A stretch of 34,626 nucleotides of DNA from Candidatus Bathyarchaeia archaeon (GTDB lineage: Archaea > Thermoproteota > Bathyarchaeia > TCS64). Both the position numbers and the translations under genes were made by a program. Below, piece after piece: positions 1-9,291 of this stretch; the first letter of the stretch is position 1, and each line of letters starts with the position of its first letter. The notes beneath the pieces were generated by a model, which saw only the letters and a list, made by a program, of their open reading frames with translations, was not told the DNA's origin and ran no database searches. The stretch spans positions 1 to 34,626 of the forward strand of contig JBEKDF010000033.1 in assembly GCA_050014495.1 (NCBI GenBank), written 5' to 3'.

Positions 1-143
1 CCTTGAACTAGGTTGTAAATAACGCCCTCATTGTCATACAAGTTCGAAAAGAGACCAAAGCCAATAAACATTGCAACCATCCAGATTACGATTACGGCGT
101 TCGGGTAATCAAACATGCTTTTGCGCCGTACCTTACTAACCAT
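1..143 (-). CDS. Small membrane protein, 5' part (runs off the window)
   Basis: Manual translation MVSKVRRKSMFDYPNAVIVIWMVAMFIGFGLFSNLYDNEGVIYNLVQ; one hydrophobic helix. Confidence 0.5.
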   Translation of the reverse strand, partial: MVSKVRRKSMFDYPNAVIVIWMVAMFIGFGLFSNLYDNEGVIYNLVQ

Positions 144-258
144 GGACTATCAATGCGTCAGCCAACAAATAAACGCGTACTTGCGCGCATATAGAGAAAA
201 TACGAAATGCGCGCGATGATGTATGAAGGATTTATCGACGCGGCGCTCAGGTCAAACC

Positions 259-777
259 ATGAGCGCTGTAGTTTGTGGACTCGACATCCACAAGGAAACC
301 ACCTACGCCACCATACTTGACCGAGACGGCCAAGTACTGATCCAGAGGAAGATGCAGAACGAGGACATACCCCTCTTCCTCGAGATGACCCACCCAGATA
401 AGCTGGCGATGGAGGCCTCCACCTACATCATCCCACTGTACAGGAAGCTCACCGAACACGGGTACGACGTGACCGTCAGCCACCCGAAGAAGACAAGGAT
501 CATCGCCGAGGCAAGAATCAAATCTGATAGAGTAGACTCAAGAGCCTTAGCGGAGCTGCTGAGGCTGGACAGCTTGCCCACTAGCATCATACCCCCGAGG
601 GATATTGCGGCGATCCGGGAGAAGGTACGCTGAAGGGCATTCCTCGTCCGCCAGGTGACGAAGCTCAAGGTCAAGATCCGCGACGTCCTCGCCGCCGAGG
701 GCGTCAAGCCACCCACGGGCTACGGCCTCTTCACCGTGAAGGAAGTCCAGTGGCTTAGCTCACGCGAATGTATCTAA
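259..777 (+). pseudogene. IS110-family transposase, N-terminal DEDD domain only
   Basis: Motifs CGLDIHK, AMEAS and IKSDRVDSRALAELLR. In-frame TGA at 631-633; the frame continues RAFLVRQVTKLKVKIRDVL and breaks off near CACGCG (761-766). C-terminal domain missing. Confidence 0.88.
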
Positions 778-803
778 TATAACCATGATAAAAAGGAAGG
801 TTA

Positions 804-2195
804 TTACTGTTTCTTTGGCAGATTGAATTTTTTCTCTGTTTCCTTTAAGGTCTCCTCGAGGATCTTCAACCCCTCATCAGCCTGCTCTTCAGTCATGACA
901 AGAGTCGGCATCATTCGAATAATACTAGCACCATAACCCTTCCCGACCATAAGGCCACTCTTCTTCGCTTTCTCAATCACATAAAGCATCGAGTTAAAAT
1001 CAGGGTCACCACTTTGCTCTGGGGTCATACCATGCGGTTGAAGCTCCTCCTTAGTTTCAGGGTTTGCCACAAGCTCGACACCCATGAAGAGACCAAGGCC
1101 GCGCACATCACCCATGATGGGTAACCTCTCCTGCATCTCCTTCAGCCTCTTGATCATGTAGGCACCGGTAGTAGCCGCCCTTTCGGCCAGTTTCTCTTTA
1201 TAGTAATAGTCAATGACCGCGAGGCTTGTGGCACAAGCAAGGGCGTGGCCGCTGTAGGTGTAGCTGTGGGCGAACCCATGCTCATCGAAGTAATCTCCCA
1301 GTTTCTTGTTCACGATGGTGGCTCCTAAGGGGACATAGCCAGCTGTTATTCCCTTGGCGAGGGTCATTATATCCGGTACAACGTTCCAGTGTTCATAGGC
1401 GAACATCTTTCCAGTTCTAGCGAAGCCCGTCATTATCTCATCGAAGACCAGGAGAACACCTTTCTCATCGCAGATCTTCCTAATCCTTTGCCAGTAGTCC
1501 GGCGGCGGAACTACTTGGCCAGCCCAGCTGCAGATGGGCTCCGCGAAGAAGGCTGCAACTTGCTTCTCTCCCTCTTTCTCAATTGTGTATCGGATGAACT
1601 CTGCGCAGAGTAGGTCGCACTCTGGATATGTCTTTTTGTAGACACAGCGATAGCAGTAGGGCGAGGCCACGTGCTTAAACTCCTCTATAATGCTCAGGCC
1701 TGGAAGTCTGCTGCGGGCGCTGCCTCCGATGCTTACGGTGGCGTAGGTTGAGCCATGGTAGGCGTCCCAGAAGCTGATCATCTTCTCTGCAGATCTGTAG
1801 CTCTGAGCTAGTTTGATCGCTACCTCATTGGCTTCTGCTCCACTGTTGCCAAAAAAGGTCTTACAGAGTTTGCCTCCCGTGATCTGAGCGAGGCGTTTCG
1901 CGAGCTGGATTTTTGGTATGTTATTGTATTCGGGTGAAGCATATGCCAGTTCATCTAATTGTTTCTTGGATGCCTCGATTATTTCGCGATTTCCGAGACC
2001 GATGTTGACGTTATATAATTGGGAGCAGAAGTCAAGGTATCGTTTTCCTTCAGCGTCCCAGAAGTAGGCTCCTTCTCCCCTGACAACGATGGGATCTTCT
2101 TTGTTTGGTCTCGGTTCCCACCTTGGAATTAGGTAGGACTTTGCATCAGAGTGAAGACTTTTTACCTCATTTTCTTTTTTTAACTTTTCACTCAT
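804..2195 (-). CDS. Class-III PLP-dependent aminotransferase
   Basis: GEGAYFWDAEGKRYLDF, SGAEANE, YHGST, FDEIMTGFARTG, DIMTLAKGITAG (PLP lysine), DVRGLGL. Start placed at MSEKL; the ORF track extends to 2225. Confidence 0.95.
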   Translation of the reverse strand: MSEKLKKENEVKSLHSDAKSYLIPRWEPRPNKEDPIVVRGEGAYFWDAEGKRYLDFCSQLYNVNIGLGNREIIEASKKQLDELAYASPEYNNIPKIQLAKRLAQITGGKLCKTFFGNSGAEANEVAIKLAQSYRSAEKMISFWDAYHGSTYATVSIGGSARSRLPGLSIIEEFKHVASPYCYRCVYKKTYPECDLLCAEFIRYTIEKEGEKQVAAFFAEPICSWAGQVVPPPDYWQRIRKICDEKGVLLVFDEIMTGFARTGKMFAYEHWNVVPDIMTLAKGITAGYVPLGATIVNKKLGDYFDEHGFAHSYTYSGHALACATSLAVIDYYYKEKLAERAATTGAYMIKRLKEMQERLPIMGDVRGLGLFMGVELVANPETKEELQPHGMTPEQSGDPDFNSMLYVIEKAKKSGLMVGKGYGASIIRMMPTLVMTEEQADEGLKILEETLKETEKKFNLPKKQ

Positions 2196-2256
2196 AATTA
2201 ACCCTGGAATAATAACATCCATCAAATATGATATGGTTTACTCTTGCACCGCGCGC

Positions 2257-2371
2257 TGCCCTGTCCCTAAATTCAGAATAAACTTATCTTAACAGTGAAG
2301 GGTCCCGTCACCTATGGCGGCAACTAGAGGGGGTCAGTCCGTTAGGACAAGACGAACACGAGGCCCTTGAA
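2257..2371 (+). mobile_element. Left end of an IS4/IS5-like DDE element with the first ~10 transposase codons
   Basis: Terminal motif TGCCCTGTCCCTAAATT matches 30970-30986 and 34512-34528. About 2290-2371 aligns with the reverse complement of ~31677-31762 (LGQDEHEALET vs LGQDEHETLET). Bounded by tracts at 2251-2256 and 2372-2385. Confidence 0.8.
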
Positions 2372-2676
2372 ACGCGTGCGCGCGTCGATGTTCGAGAGTG
2401 TCGCGGGACGCGTCTTGATGTTCATGTCATGTACACCGTTTTCTGAGGTTTTTGTATCGGCGTTACGTAGTTAAAGTGGTTATGACGCGCTTGACTCAAT
2501 ATACTACTCGTTTACTCTTGGTGTGACAGATCCTCTGACAACAAGCCCATAACGGTGAGCGCGCATGCGTTCCTATCGCGGTCTGTCATTGGATCACCGT
2601 CGTGACTGCAGCCTAAGGCTGGACGACCACATTCAGCCCGAGAGGTTTATACATTCGACGGGTGGAAATGCAATTC

Positions 2677-3123
2677 ATGAGCGAAACCGAAAAGAGCGTC
2701 CCCCACGAACAGCTTCTCGTCTTCACAGGCCTGCTTGCCGGTTTTTCGTTTACAGCGTTGATGCTGATGCTGTAGTCCCCCGGGTCGTTCCGTGAGCTGA
2801 TCGGGCCAACGTATTCTGACGCCTACTTCGTCCTTCTGGTGAGCATACTAGCAATCGTTTCCACGGACCTGGTTTTCTGCAGCATCGGAATGTCACTTGC
2901 CGCGGCGGGATCGGACCCCTACGGGAGGCTGTGGAGCTTCAACGGCGTAACCTTCTACATTGGGTTTTTCGGGCTGTTGCTGGTCATTCCTCTCCTAGTC
3001 CTCCCCGTATCTCTCGTCACTGGCTTGACGGTCTTCGTGTTCGAGTTATTGTTTGGAGTCTGGCTCTTCAAGCGGGCTCCAAAGGTGCCGTTGAGGTCCC
3101 CCTATCACGAGCCTAACAATTGA
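2677..3123 (+). pseudogene. Multi-pass membrane protein (~148 codons) interrupted by one in-frame TAG
   Basis: ATG at 2677 gives MSETEKSVPHEQLLVFTGLLAGFSFTALMLML, then TAG at 2773-2775, then the same frame continues into track ORF 2839..3123. Confidence 0.65.
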
Positions 3124-3382
3124 CTATGGTGCGCGCGCTGTTTCCAAGCCCTCACAAGAACCCAAGCCGCGACAAATCGGCTATTATCGAACCGACAGAT
3201 ATCAAGAATGTAACAAGGTCAGATTTTGTCAGAGGGTTGAGAAGAAATACTCACCCAAAGATGCCGCTGATTAGAAAAACACTCAGTCCGCGCGCGCGTT
3301 CCCCAGCGCGCGCGTCTCTCGATTAGAACCTCTAATCTGCAATCGATAAATAGTCGTTTTTGTTAGAGTTTATTGACGCTGT

Positions 3383-3508
3383 ATGAGCGATGATGAGCTT
3401 AGATTGGCCTTCTTCGGGGTGGGGTTAACCCTTGCATTTCTCGGCCTGAGGTTTGCGCTGAGCGGGGATTTTGATAAGGTTAAAGACTATCTACGAATCA
3501 AAAGATAA
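3383..3508 (+). CDS. Small single-TM protein (41 aa)
   Basis: Manual translation MSDDELRLAFFGVGLTLAFLGLRFALSGDFDKVKDYLRIKR*; flanked by tracts at 3306 and 3511-3529. Confidence 0.5.
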   Translation: MSDDELRLAFFGVGLTLAFLGLRFALSGDFDKVKDYLRIKR

Positions 3509-3529
3509 GATGCGCAATACGCGTGCGCA

Positions 3530-3543
3530 GTGGGTAGCTCACA
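3530..3543 (+). mobile_element. 14-bp remnant of an IS200/IS605 right end
   Basis: GTGGGTAGCTCACA is identical to 32077-32090; the upstream hairpin arm is replaced by TACGCGTGCGCA. Confidence 0.6.
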
Positions 3544-4963
3544 CGTGAAGTCCCATGAGTCTAAGAAATGGCAGGATGATCCCAATGAATATACTAACCC
3601 CACCCAGGAGCTTTAAATAAAGATCTGAAAAGTTATTCGACACAAGTACTTGGAACGTCCTCCCATACACCAACTGACCAGTCTCCTTATCCTTCACCGA
3701 CACGACTATCGGCTTGTTCCCATTCTCCTTAACCTCGAAACAGAACCAGATAATACGCGCATCCTCCAAAATATGCGACATAAAACCAACGATATCCTGC
3801 TGGTGATCATTCGCCGAATCAGGACCAGATTTAGTGTAGATCGGCAGCGTATCTCCAGCGGGGAGATTAAAATTCCTCACCGGGAGAGTCAAAGTAACCT
3901 CAGAGGTTAAAGGACCGGTTGAGCCGCTCGCATAGCTGACACTGAACGTCTGAGTTTTCGTCGAGTCATTATTATAGAGAAAAACAAAGCACTTGACAAC
4001 CTGACCCTTATTCCTCTCGGGCGTAACCTCAGCATCGATATAATAATTGCTCCCCTTGATGCCTGGGAGGTCGTCCAGTATCTCCACGAATAATCTGTCA
4101 AGAAGTCGGGAGAACTCGGGCACGATTTTCTTGGTCTTGTTAAGTATTATTTTTAGTCGGTTGAACCCAAAAAATGGGTGTTGTTCGATATTCATAATAT
4201 CCTTTCCGGGCTTGAACAACTCGGAGACCTCGCTGCGAACGTCCTCTATTTTAAGCGCTCCGTATATGTTCTGGAACAGTAACACTGTGATCTTGCTGAG
4301 CGCATCCTCAAGATCCAAATCCTCCCTAACGTATCTGGATAAATCGCTGAGATACTCCCTGAATTTTAACCTGTTAAAGGGGTCGATGAACGTCTCCAAG
4401 AAGATGTCCGTTGTGAGCACTGTTGGCCAGTTATCTGGGACGTAGAGCCTCAGTAACTCATCGGGGTCGAGTACGTGCTCCCTCTTAATGATGGAGAAAC
4501 CGAAGGCAATCAGAGCAGATCCCATCGAGAGGTAGATGAAAATGACCTCGGTTGAGGTGCCTCCCAGAAGATACATGGAGAGAGAAGCCGTAGATAATAT
4601 TGTTAGCAGAACCGCAAACTGGGTCTCCTTGACGGAAGTCTCATTTAGCGCCTCAACCCCGATGAGCGATGCGTAGGGTAAGCCTTGTTTTTGGTATCGG
4701 TTGAGTATTTTTTTAAAGAGATAATTCATGACTAGGAAATTCGATAGTATTAGAACCGAGTCTATAACTAGTAAACACAATAATATCGTCACGGCTGCTC
4801 CAATGGGGTCACTCTGTAGAACTAGCCCTAGCTCAGTCGATACGCCGAGGATTATCGCTGCTATTATTGACGCGATTAGGATCGAGGGTAGCCCGATTCT
4901 TCTGTTATATGCTGCCAATATGTGGAGGTATTTATCATCGCTTTTGATGACGTTCAAATCCAA
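3539..4963 (-). CDS. Hypothetical membrane protein (N-terminal TM bundle, soluble domain, C-terminal TM)
   Basis: 474-aa ORF with TTG start and clear hydrophobic segments; no family recognised. Confidence 0.8.
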   Translation of the reverse strand: MDLNVIKSDDKYLHILAAYNRRIGLPSILIASIIAAIILGVSTELGLVLQSDPIGAAVTILLCLLVIDSVLILSNFLVMNYLFKKILNRYQKQGLPYASLIGVEALNETSVKETQFAVLLTILSTASLSMYLLGGTSTEVIFIYLSMGSALIAFGFSIIKREHVLDPDELLRLYVPDNWPTVLTTDIFLETFIDPFNRLKFREYLSDLSRYVREDLDLEDALSKITVLLFQNIYGALKIEDVRSEVSELFKPGKDIMNIEQHPFFGFNRLKIILNKTKKIVPEFSRLLDRLFVEILDDLPGIKGSNYYIDAEVTPERNKGQVVKCFVFLYNNDSTKTQTFSVSYASGSTGPLTSEVTLTLPVRNFNLPAGDTLPIYTKSGPDSANDHQQDIVGFMSHILEDARIIWFCFEVKENGNKPIVVSVKDKETGQLVYGRTFQVLVSNNFSDLYLKLLGGVSIFIGIILPFLRLMGLHV

Positions 4964-5124
4964 TGGTAGTTGTCGTTAACTGTATTTGAAATTTAAGTTG
5001 CGCGTGCTACCTTTGATGCACGCGAGTGCATTTGATCCACCGGTCTAACATGCTCATGAACGCGCGCGCGTTTACTATTCACGTAAGCTTATCACCGGTT
5101 CCTCCAAAACAAATGGGTAGCATT

Positions 5125-5415
5125 ATGTCTAAGGAGAAAAAGGGTACCCTGGCCGTTAAGAAGGAAAAGAAAACAGTGCCAGAAGCAAAAGAACCTGAAC
5201 CCGAAACTATTCAGGATTTCAACCAGATGTTAGATACGCTTCGCAGTGAGATAGTGTGGGATCCCTTCAGGGGATTCGAGTGGCCTGTAGAATACGAGCT
5301 TCCGACGAGGATACCCTATGTTGACGTCATTGACTCAGGTAAGGAGTATGTGGTTAAGGCTGAGCTTCCGGGGTTGAAGAAGGAGAATGTGGAGATTGAG
5401 GTCGGCGCGCGCTAG
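5125..5415 (+). pseudogene. Hsp20/alpha-crystallin small heat-shock protein, 3'-truncated
   Basis: PYVDVIDSGKEYVVKAELPGLKKENVEIEV, then GCGCGCGC (5405-5412) and TAG. The second half of the domain is absent. Confidence 0.88.
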
Positions 5416-5528
5416 ACCCAGCCCTAAAACAGCGTTACAACAACGAACAAATGTATATCATAGGATCAATTGTCGCAATCATCGCTGGTTTTGGCCTACT
5501 CATCTATGGGGCAGCACGCAGTCGCTGA
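5412..5528 (+). pseudogene. Orphan 3' fragment of a membrane protein gene
   Basis: LDPALKQRYNNEQMYIIGSIVAIIAGFGLLIYGAARSR* begins at the 5405 tract; next tract at 5551-5561. Confidence 0.5.
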
Positions 5529-5701
5529 ATGAAACGCTATAAAGAATATTCGTGCGCGCGCTGAAAGTCAACTTTCTATTTTCCATTTAATACGCGCACG
5601 TAGGTTAATCCGGTAGTCATTTTGTGAGCTCGTTTACCCCCTCAGTTTAGCGCGTGTCCGAATTGAAAAGTAGTTATTAACCCTCAGGAGGGTGTATATG
5701 T

Positions 5702-6358
5702 ATGCCATTCTGTCCATTCTGCGGGACACCTGTAAAGGAAAACCACAAGTTCTGCCCAAGTTGTGGCAACCCGCTGGAGCTCGTTCCCCAGATACCGACT
5801 CCAACACCCCAAGCGACACCTACTCCGCAACCCCAGCAGCCACAGCAACCAGCCTCTGCACCTCAGCCAGCCGCAGCGCCTCAACCCCCACAAGTGCAAA
5901 CGACACAGGGGGAGACGATAAGAGAGATTATACCCAACCTAAGCGTCTCTAAGAGCTTCGGCAGAACCGACACCTACAACCTCATAGTCACGGAGAGGAG
6001 AAGCATCTTCGCGAAGCTGACGACCGAGATCATAAATGAAACGGTGAAGATGAGACGCGATAAGGCCGCGGCGGAGGGAAAGGGCTTCTTCGGGAAGTGG
6101 AAGGCCCAGATGCAGGGCTTCAACACCTACACGGACTGGTACAAGGATAAGACACCCGACCAAGCACTGGGTGAGACACCAGGCAACTACGCCATCGACA
6201 ACTCCGCAATGAGAAACATCAAGGTAAAGGAGGACAGCGATGATGATAGCGGCATGGACCTGTACTACATCGAGATAACGACTCCAACGGGGAAGCTTAA
6301 ATTCAAGACACCGTATGACCCCCGGAAACTCCTTCAGGCGGCTTATGGAGGCGCGTAG
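5702..6358 (+). CDS. Zinc-ribbon protein with Pro/Gln-rich linker
   Basis: MPFCPFCG...KFCPSCG ribbon, PQ-rich linker and a globular C-terminal domain. Confidence 0.88.
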   Translation: MPFCPFCGTPVKENHKFCPSCGNPLELVPQIPTPTPQATPTPQPQQPQQPASAPQPAAAPQPPQVQTTQGETIREIIPNLSVSKSFGRTDTYNLIVTERRSIFAKLTTEIINETVKMRRDKAAAEGKGFFGKWKAQMQGFNTYTDWYKDKTPDQALGETPGNYAIDNSAMRNIKVKEDSDDDSGMDLYYIEITTPTGKLKFKTPYDPRKLLQAAYGGA

Positions 6359-6381
6359 TACGAGTCTACCGCATATGCCAA

Positions 6382-6408
6382 AGTCTTATCCCCCAAACCC
6401 AAACCCAA
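6382..6408 (+). repeat. 27-bp direct repeat, copy 1 (IS-terminus-like)
   Basis: AGTCTTATCCCCCAAACCCAAACCCAA, identical to 7390-7416; followed by ATATGCGCGTGCGCA at 6413-6427. Confidence 0.85.
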
Positions 6409-6653
6409 CCTTATATGCGCGTGCGCAACTAAATGATTGAGCTGGATCGGAGACCACCTAACCAGCATCACTTCTTCCGATCCTCCTCTCATTTTTAACC
6501 CGGCACTCTGGGAATCCACCTCTTAATCTCGCCAAGCGTGCCCCTCAGATACTTGGAAGAGTTGAGCTTAGCTTGGTCAAAATATTAAACGAATAAATGA
6601 TTATTAGTGCAATAGTGATTAAATTTATATGTATTTTTATCAAATTATACAAT

Positions 6654-6863
6654 ATGGCCTTTCTTAAACGAATTTATCAAGATGTCCAAGGAGTGAGTTG
6701 TCCATTATGTGGAGCATCTGTATTGAAAGATGCGAGAAATGCAAAAAAGATAACTTATTTCTGCAGCGGAAAAACAACCCACGACCTAACAAATAACAAG
6801 ACCATAAAGGCCTTTTTAATTGGAGAAGCACTAACCCGAGATCACAAACGCGCGCAAATCTAG
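6654..6863 (+). pseudogene. Small CxxC protein, probably 3'-truncated
   Basis: MAFLKRIY...CPLCG...FCSG; ends shortly after ACGCGCGCA (6848-6856). Confidence 0.45.
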
Positions 6864-6915
6864 AACGAATGAGGATGTTGAAATAGCACAATGTAAAAAT
6901 GGCTATTGAGGGATC

Positions 6916-7167
6916 TTGAAGGCATACATTCTTGTTAACACTGAGCTAGGGGAAACGTCGGAGGTCGTCAAAGAATTGAAAGGGATTATTGAGATCAAGA
7001 GTGTCTACGTCGTTTACGGCATCTACGACATAATAGTTGAAGTGGAGGCTGACACTATGGACAAGGTGAAGGAGATAGTCTTCAACAAGATCAGGCGCCT
7101 CAATTACGTGAAGAGCACTATCACACTCATAGCTTATGATGAGCCAATGCGCGAGCAGGTTCTATAA
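6916..7167 (+). CDS. Lrp/AsnC ligand-binding (RAM) domain protein
   Basis: KAYILVN...VYVVYGIYDIIVEVEA...IRRLNYVKSTITLI. Confidence 0.92.
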   Translation: MKAYILVNTELGETSEVVKELKGIIEIKSVYVVYGIYDIIVEVEADTMDKVKEIVFNKIRRLNYVKSTITLIAYDEPMREQVL

Positions 7168-7197
7168 AGAAAAGTCGACCATATTAACTCGGCATGC

Positions 7198-7344
7198 ATG
7201 AAGAAAGATCCTATCTGCGGTAAGATGGTAGATGAAAAGAAGATAAAATGGAGAAGTGATCACAAAGGTAAGAAATACTACTTTTGCAGCGAAAAACACA
7301 AACTAACATTTGATGAGAACCCAAAACGATTCGCAGCTCCATAA
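7198..7344 (+). CDS. YHS/TRASH domain protein (48 aa)
   Basis: Manual translation MKKDPICGKMVDEKKIKWRSDHKGKKYYFCSEKHKLTFDENPKRFAAP*; DPxCG and YYFCS motifs. Confidence 0.92.
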   Translation: MKKDPICGKMVDEKKIKWRSDHKGKKYYFCSEKHKLTFDENPKRFAAP

Positions 7345-7389
7345 TGTGCGCACAACGGCAGATTTTTTTAAAACTTTGAATTACTCCAT

Positions 7390-7416
7390 AGTCTTATCCC
7401 CCAAACCCAAACCCAA
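7390..7416 (+). repeat. 27-bp direct repeat, copy 2 (IS-terminus-like)
   Basis: Identical to 6382-6408. Confidence 0.85.
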
Positions 7417-7603
7417 GAACTTTCACTAATTCTTATCTATTCTCATCTACTATCTTACTTTCTTATTCTTTCCATCACTACACCACATCGTATCACGTAT
7501 ATCGCGTAATCTACAGAAAAAAAATACCTATTATAGAACTACGAATAGAAAGTTTAAAAATATAATCACGTTAGGACTATCTATCATAAATATATTGAGT
7601 TCA

Positions 7604-8523
7604 CTATTTTCTCAAACCTTTTATAACTTCTAACATTTTTTTATTAAATATTTCTTGACTTCGATTTATCCCATAGTTGATAAAATCAGCGGGAACATAA
7701 TCTTGGAAAATTGAAGGTATAATTGATCTGTCTCCTCTAAGTATTATGGGTACAAATCTTTTTCCATCATAAATTCTTTGTCGCATTATTGTATTTTTTT
7801 CTATTTGTGCCCAGCCTATTTCTTCAAAATAATCTGGCGTCCAAATCATTATCGATTTATCATAACTATCAAGCATACTGGTAATCTCCTTATTTAGAGA
7901 ATCACCGGGTACAATATTTAATTCATCAAATAAAATATCAAATTCGATGCTATGATATTTCTTTAAATAATTAACAACTTCATTAGCAAACCACTGATCA
8001 ATTTTCTTATAACTAATTAATATTTTTAATTTTTTACTGATATGTTTTTTTCACTGACCTTTACAATTGGTAATTTATTATATTCTAATCCAGAAAACGG
8101 TTCATTTAATGCTGTTGGTACAGCCTTTTTTGGTTTAAATATATATTTTGAGATTTTTTCACGATTTTTAATGGAAATTCTACCAGGTGGAATCATAAGT
8201 TTTGTTAAAAAATCTTTTCTATCATATTCCATAGCTACATCAATAGCCTCACTTATTTGATATTCTTCAAAAAAACTAGGCCAATTAAAAAGAAATTGTA
8301 AATGATCTATTGACCACAAACCTCTCGATTCCTTAATAACTTCAAATACAAATTCTGATTTATACAATTTCGGTACGTCAATAATTTTTTTTAAACGATT
8401 AGCATAGCCATTTCGAGCTAAATATCTAATTGCTCCAATAACTTCATCATCTGAATGTTTTAGATAATTTGTTATTATATATAAAGCTAAGTTTAAACTT
8501 TCATCCACCATATTAGTTATCAA
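7604..8523 (-). CDS. TIR-domain protein (helical N-terminus plus C-terminal TIR) split by a -1 frameshift at ~8029-8051
   Basis: The -1 frame reads KKLKILISYKKIDQWFANEVVNYL...LFDELNIVPGDSLNKEITSMLDSYDKSIMIWTPDYFEEIGWAQIE, a TIR_2 pattern with the catalytic Glu. It has no start codon ahead of the domain and overlaps the end of ORF 8026..8523. Very AT-rich segment. Confidence 0.8.
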
Positions 8524-8687
8524 TGAAAATGCACAAACCTTTCAAACTATCACCAGATTATAACTCTAAATAATGTTTATCCTAAAGCGATCTGCGCTCG
8601 CGCAAAGAATACAAATCCCCTAAAAAACAAGAAATAGGTCATAATTTTTAATATCGGAATATTGTATTTTCGCGCGCGCGAAATAAA

Positions 8688-8927
8688 TTGGTTCACGAAT
8701 ACAAGGTTGAAAGAAAGCTTCAGGAGCAGGGTGGCTCCTACTTCGTCGTCCTTCCCAAGATCTGGATTGAGTCTCTAGGTCTGAAGGAAGGCGACCCTAT
8801 GTCAATCTTTTTTAATGGAATAATCAAAGTGGTGCCTTCCGATAAACAAACTATCGGGGAGGATAGAAAGATCAACAAATTGGGAGGGCATCCTCATGCG
8901 TCTCCAAGACAGCTGTATCCCATGTGA
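8688..8927 (+). CDS. AbrB/MazE/SpoVT-type DNA-binding protein
   Basis: RKLQEQGGSYFVVLPKIWIESLGLKEGD. Confidence 0.85.
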   Translation: MVHEYKVERKLQEQGGSYFVVLPKIWIESLGLKEGDPMSIFFNGIIKVVPSDKQTIGEDRKINKLGGHPHASPRQLYPM

Positions 8928-9009
8928 AGCAGTCGAGAACCCTTCTCCTACCGCGCACGAAAATATTATTAGTCAGTTATTGACTTCTAATTTTAGGGAG
9001 ATTTTAAAA

Positions 9010-9195
9010 ATGCCAGGAGAAATAGGTAAAAAAGGAGATATTAGACAATATCGTGAAGACGCACAAATAGGTAATGTTGCACCTGATATTCAAAAACACT
9101 TTGGTTACCGTTCTGACAAGACAGTTAAGGCAGTCCTTGAAGAGAACCATGTTACGTCTATCGCTAAGTTAAGAGAAAAAATAGGATTAAAATAA
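9010..9195 (+). CDS. Small basic hypothetical protein (61 aa)
   Basis: MPGEIGKKGDIRQYREDAQIG...; lies between tracts at 8952 and 9217. Confidence 0.55.
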   Translation: MPGEIGKKGDIRQYREDAQIGNVAPDIQKHFGYRSDKTVKAVLEENHVTSIAKLREKIGLK

Positions 9196-9291
9196 GATTT
9201 ACGAGATAAAACAGACTGCGCGCGCGACGCCTCGATATTAATGGTAAGGATTTTATGTATTGGGGTTTAATGAACAGATGGAGAGACTTTT

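Noticed and set aside
631..633. TGA in the IS110 gene as selenocysteine
   Set aside because: Context suits an Arg CGA-to-TGA change and the gene is also truncated.
2565..3326. Track ORFs 2565..2795, 2931..3116 and 3120..3326
   Set aside because: They overlap the better-supported membrane gene or run through several tracts.
6444..6483. GGATCGGA...TCCGATCC hairpin as an ncRNA
   Set aside because: Single 8-bp stem with no tRNA, C/D-box or riboswitch features I can support.
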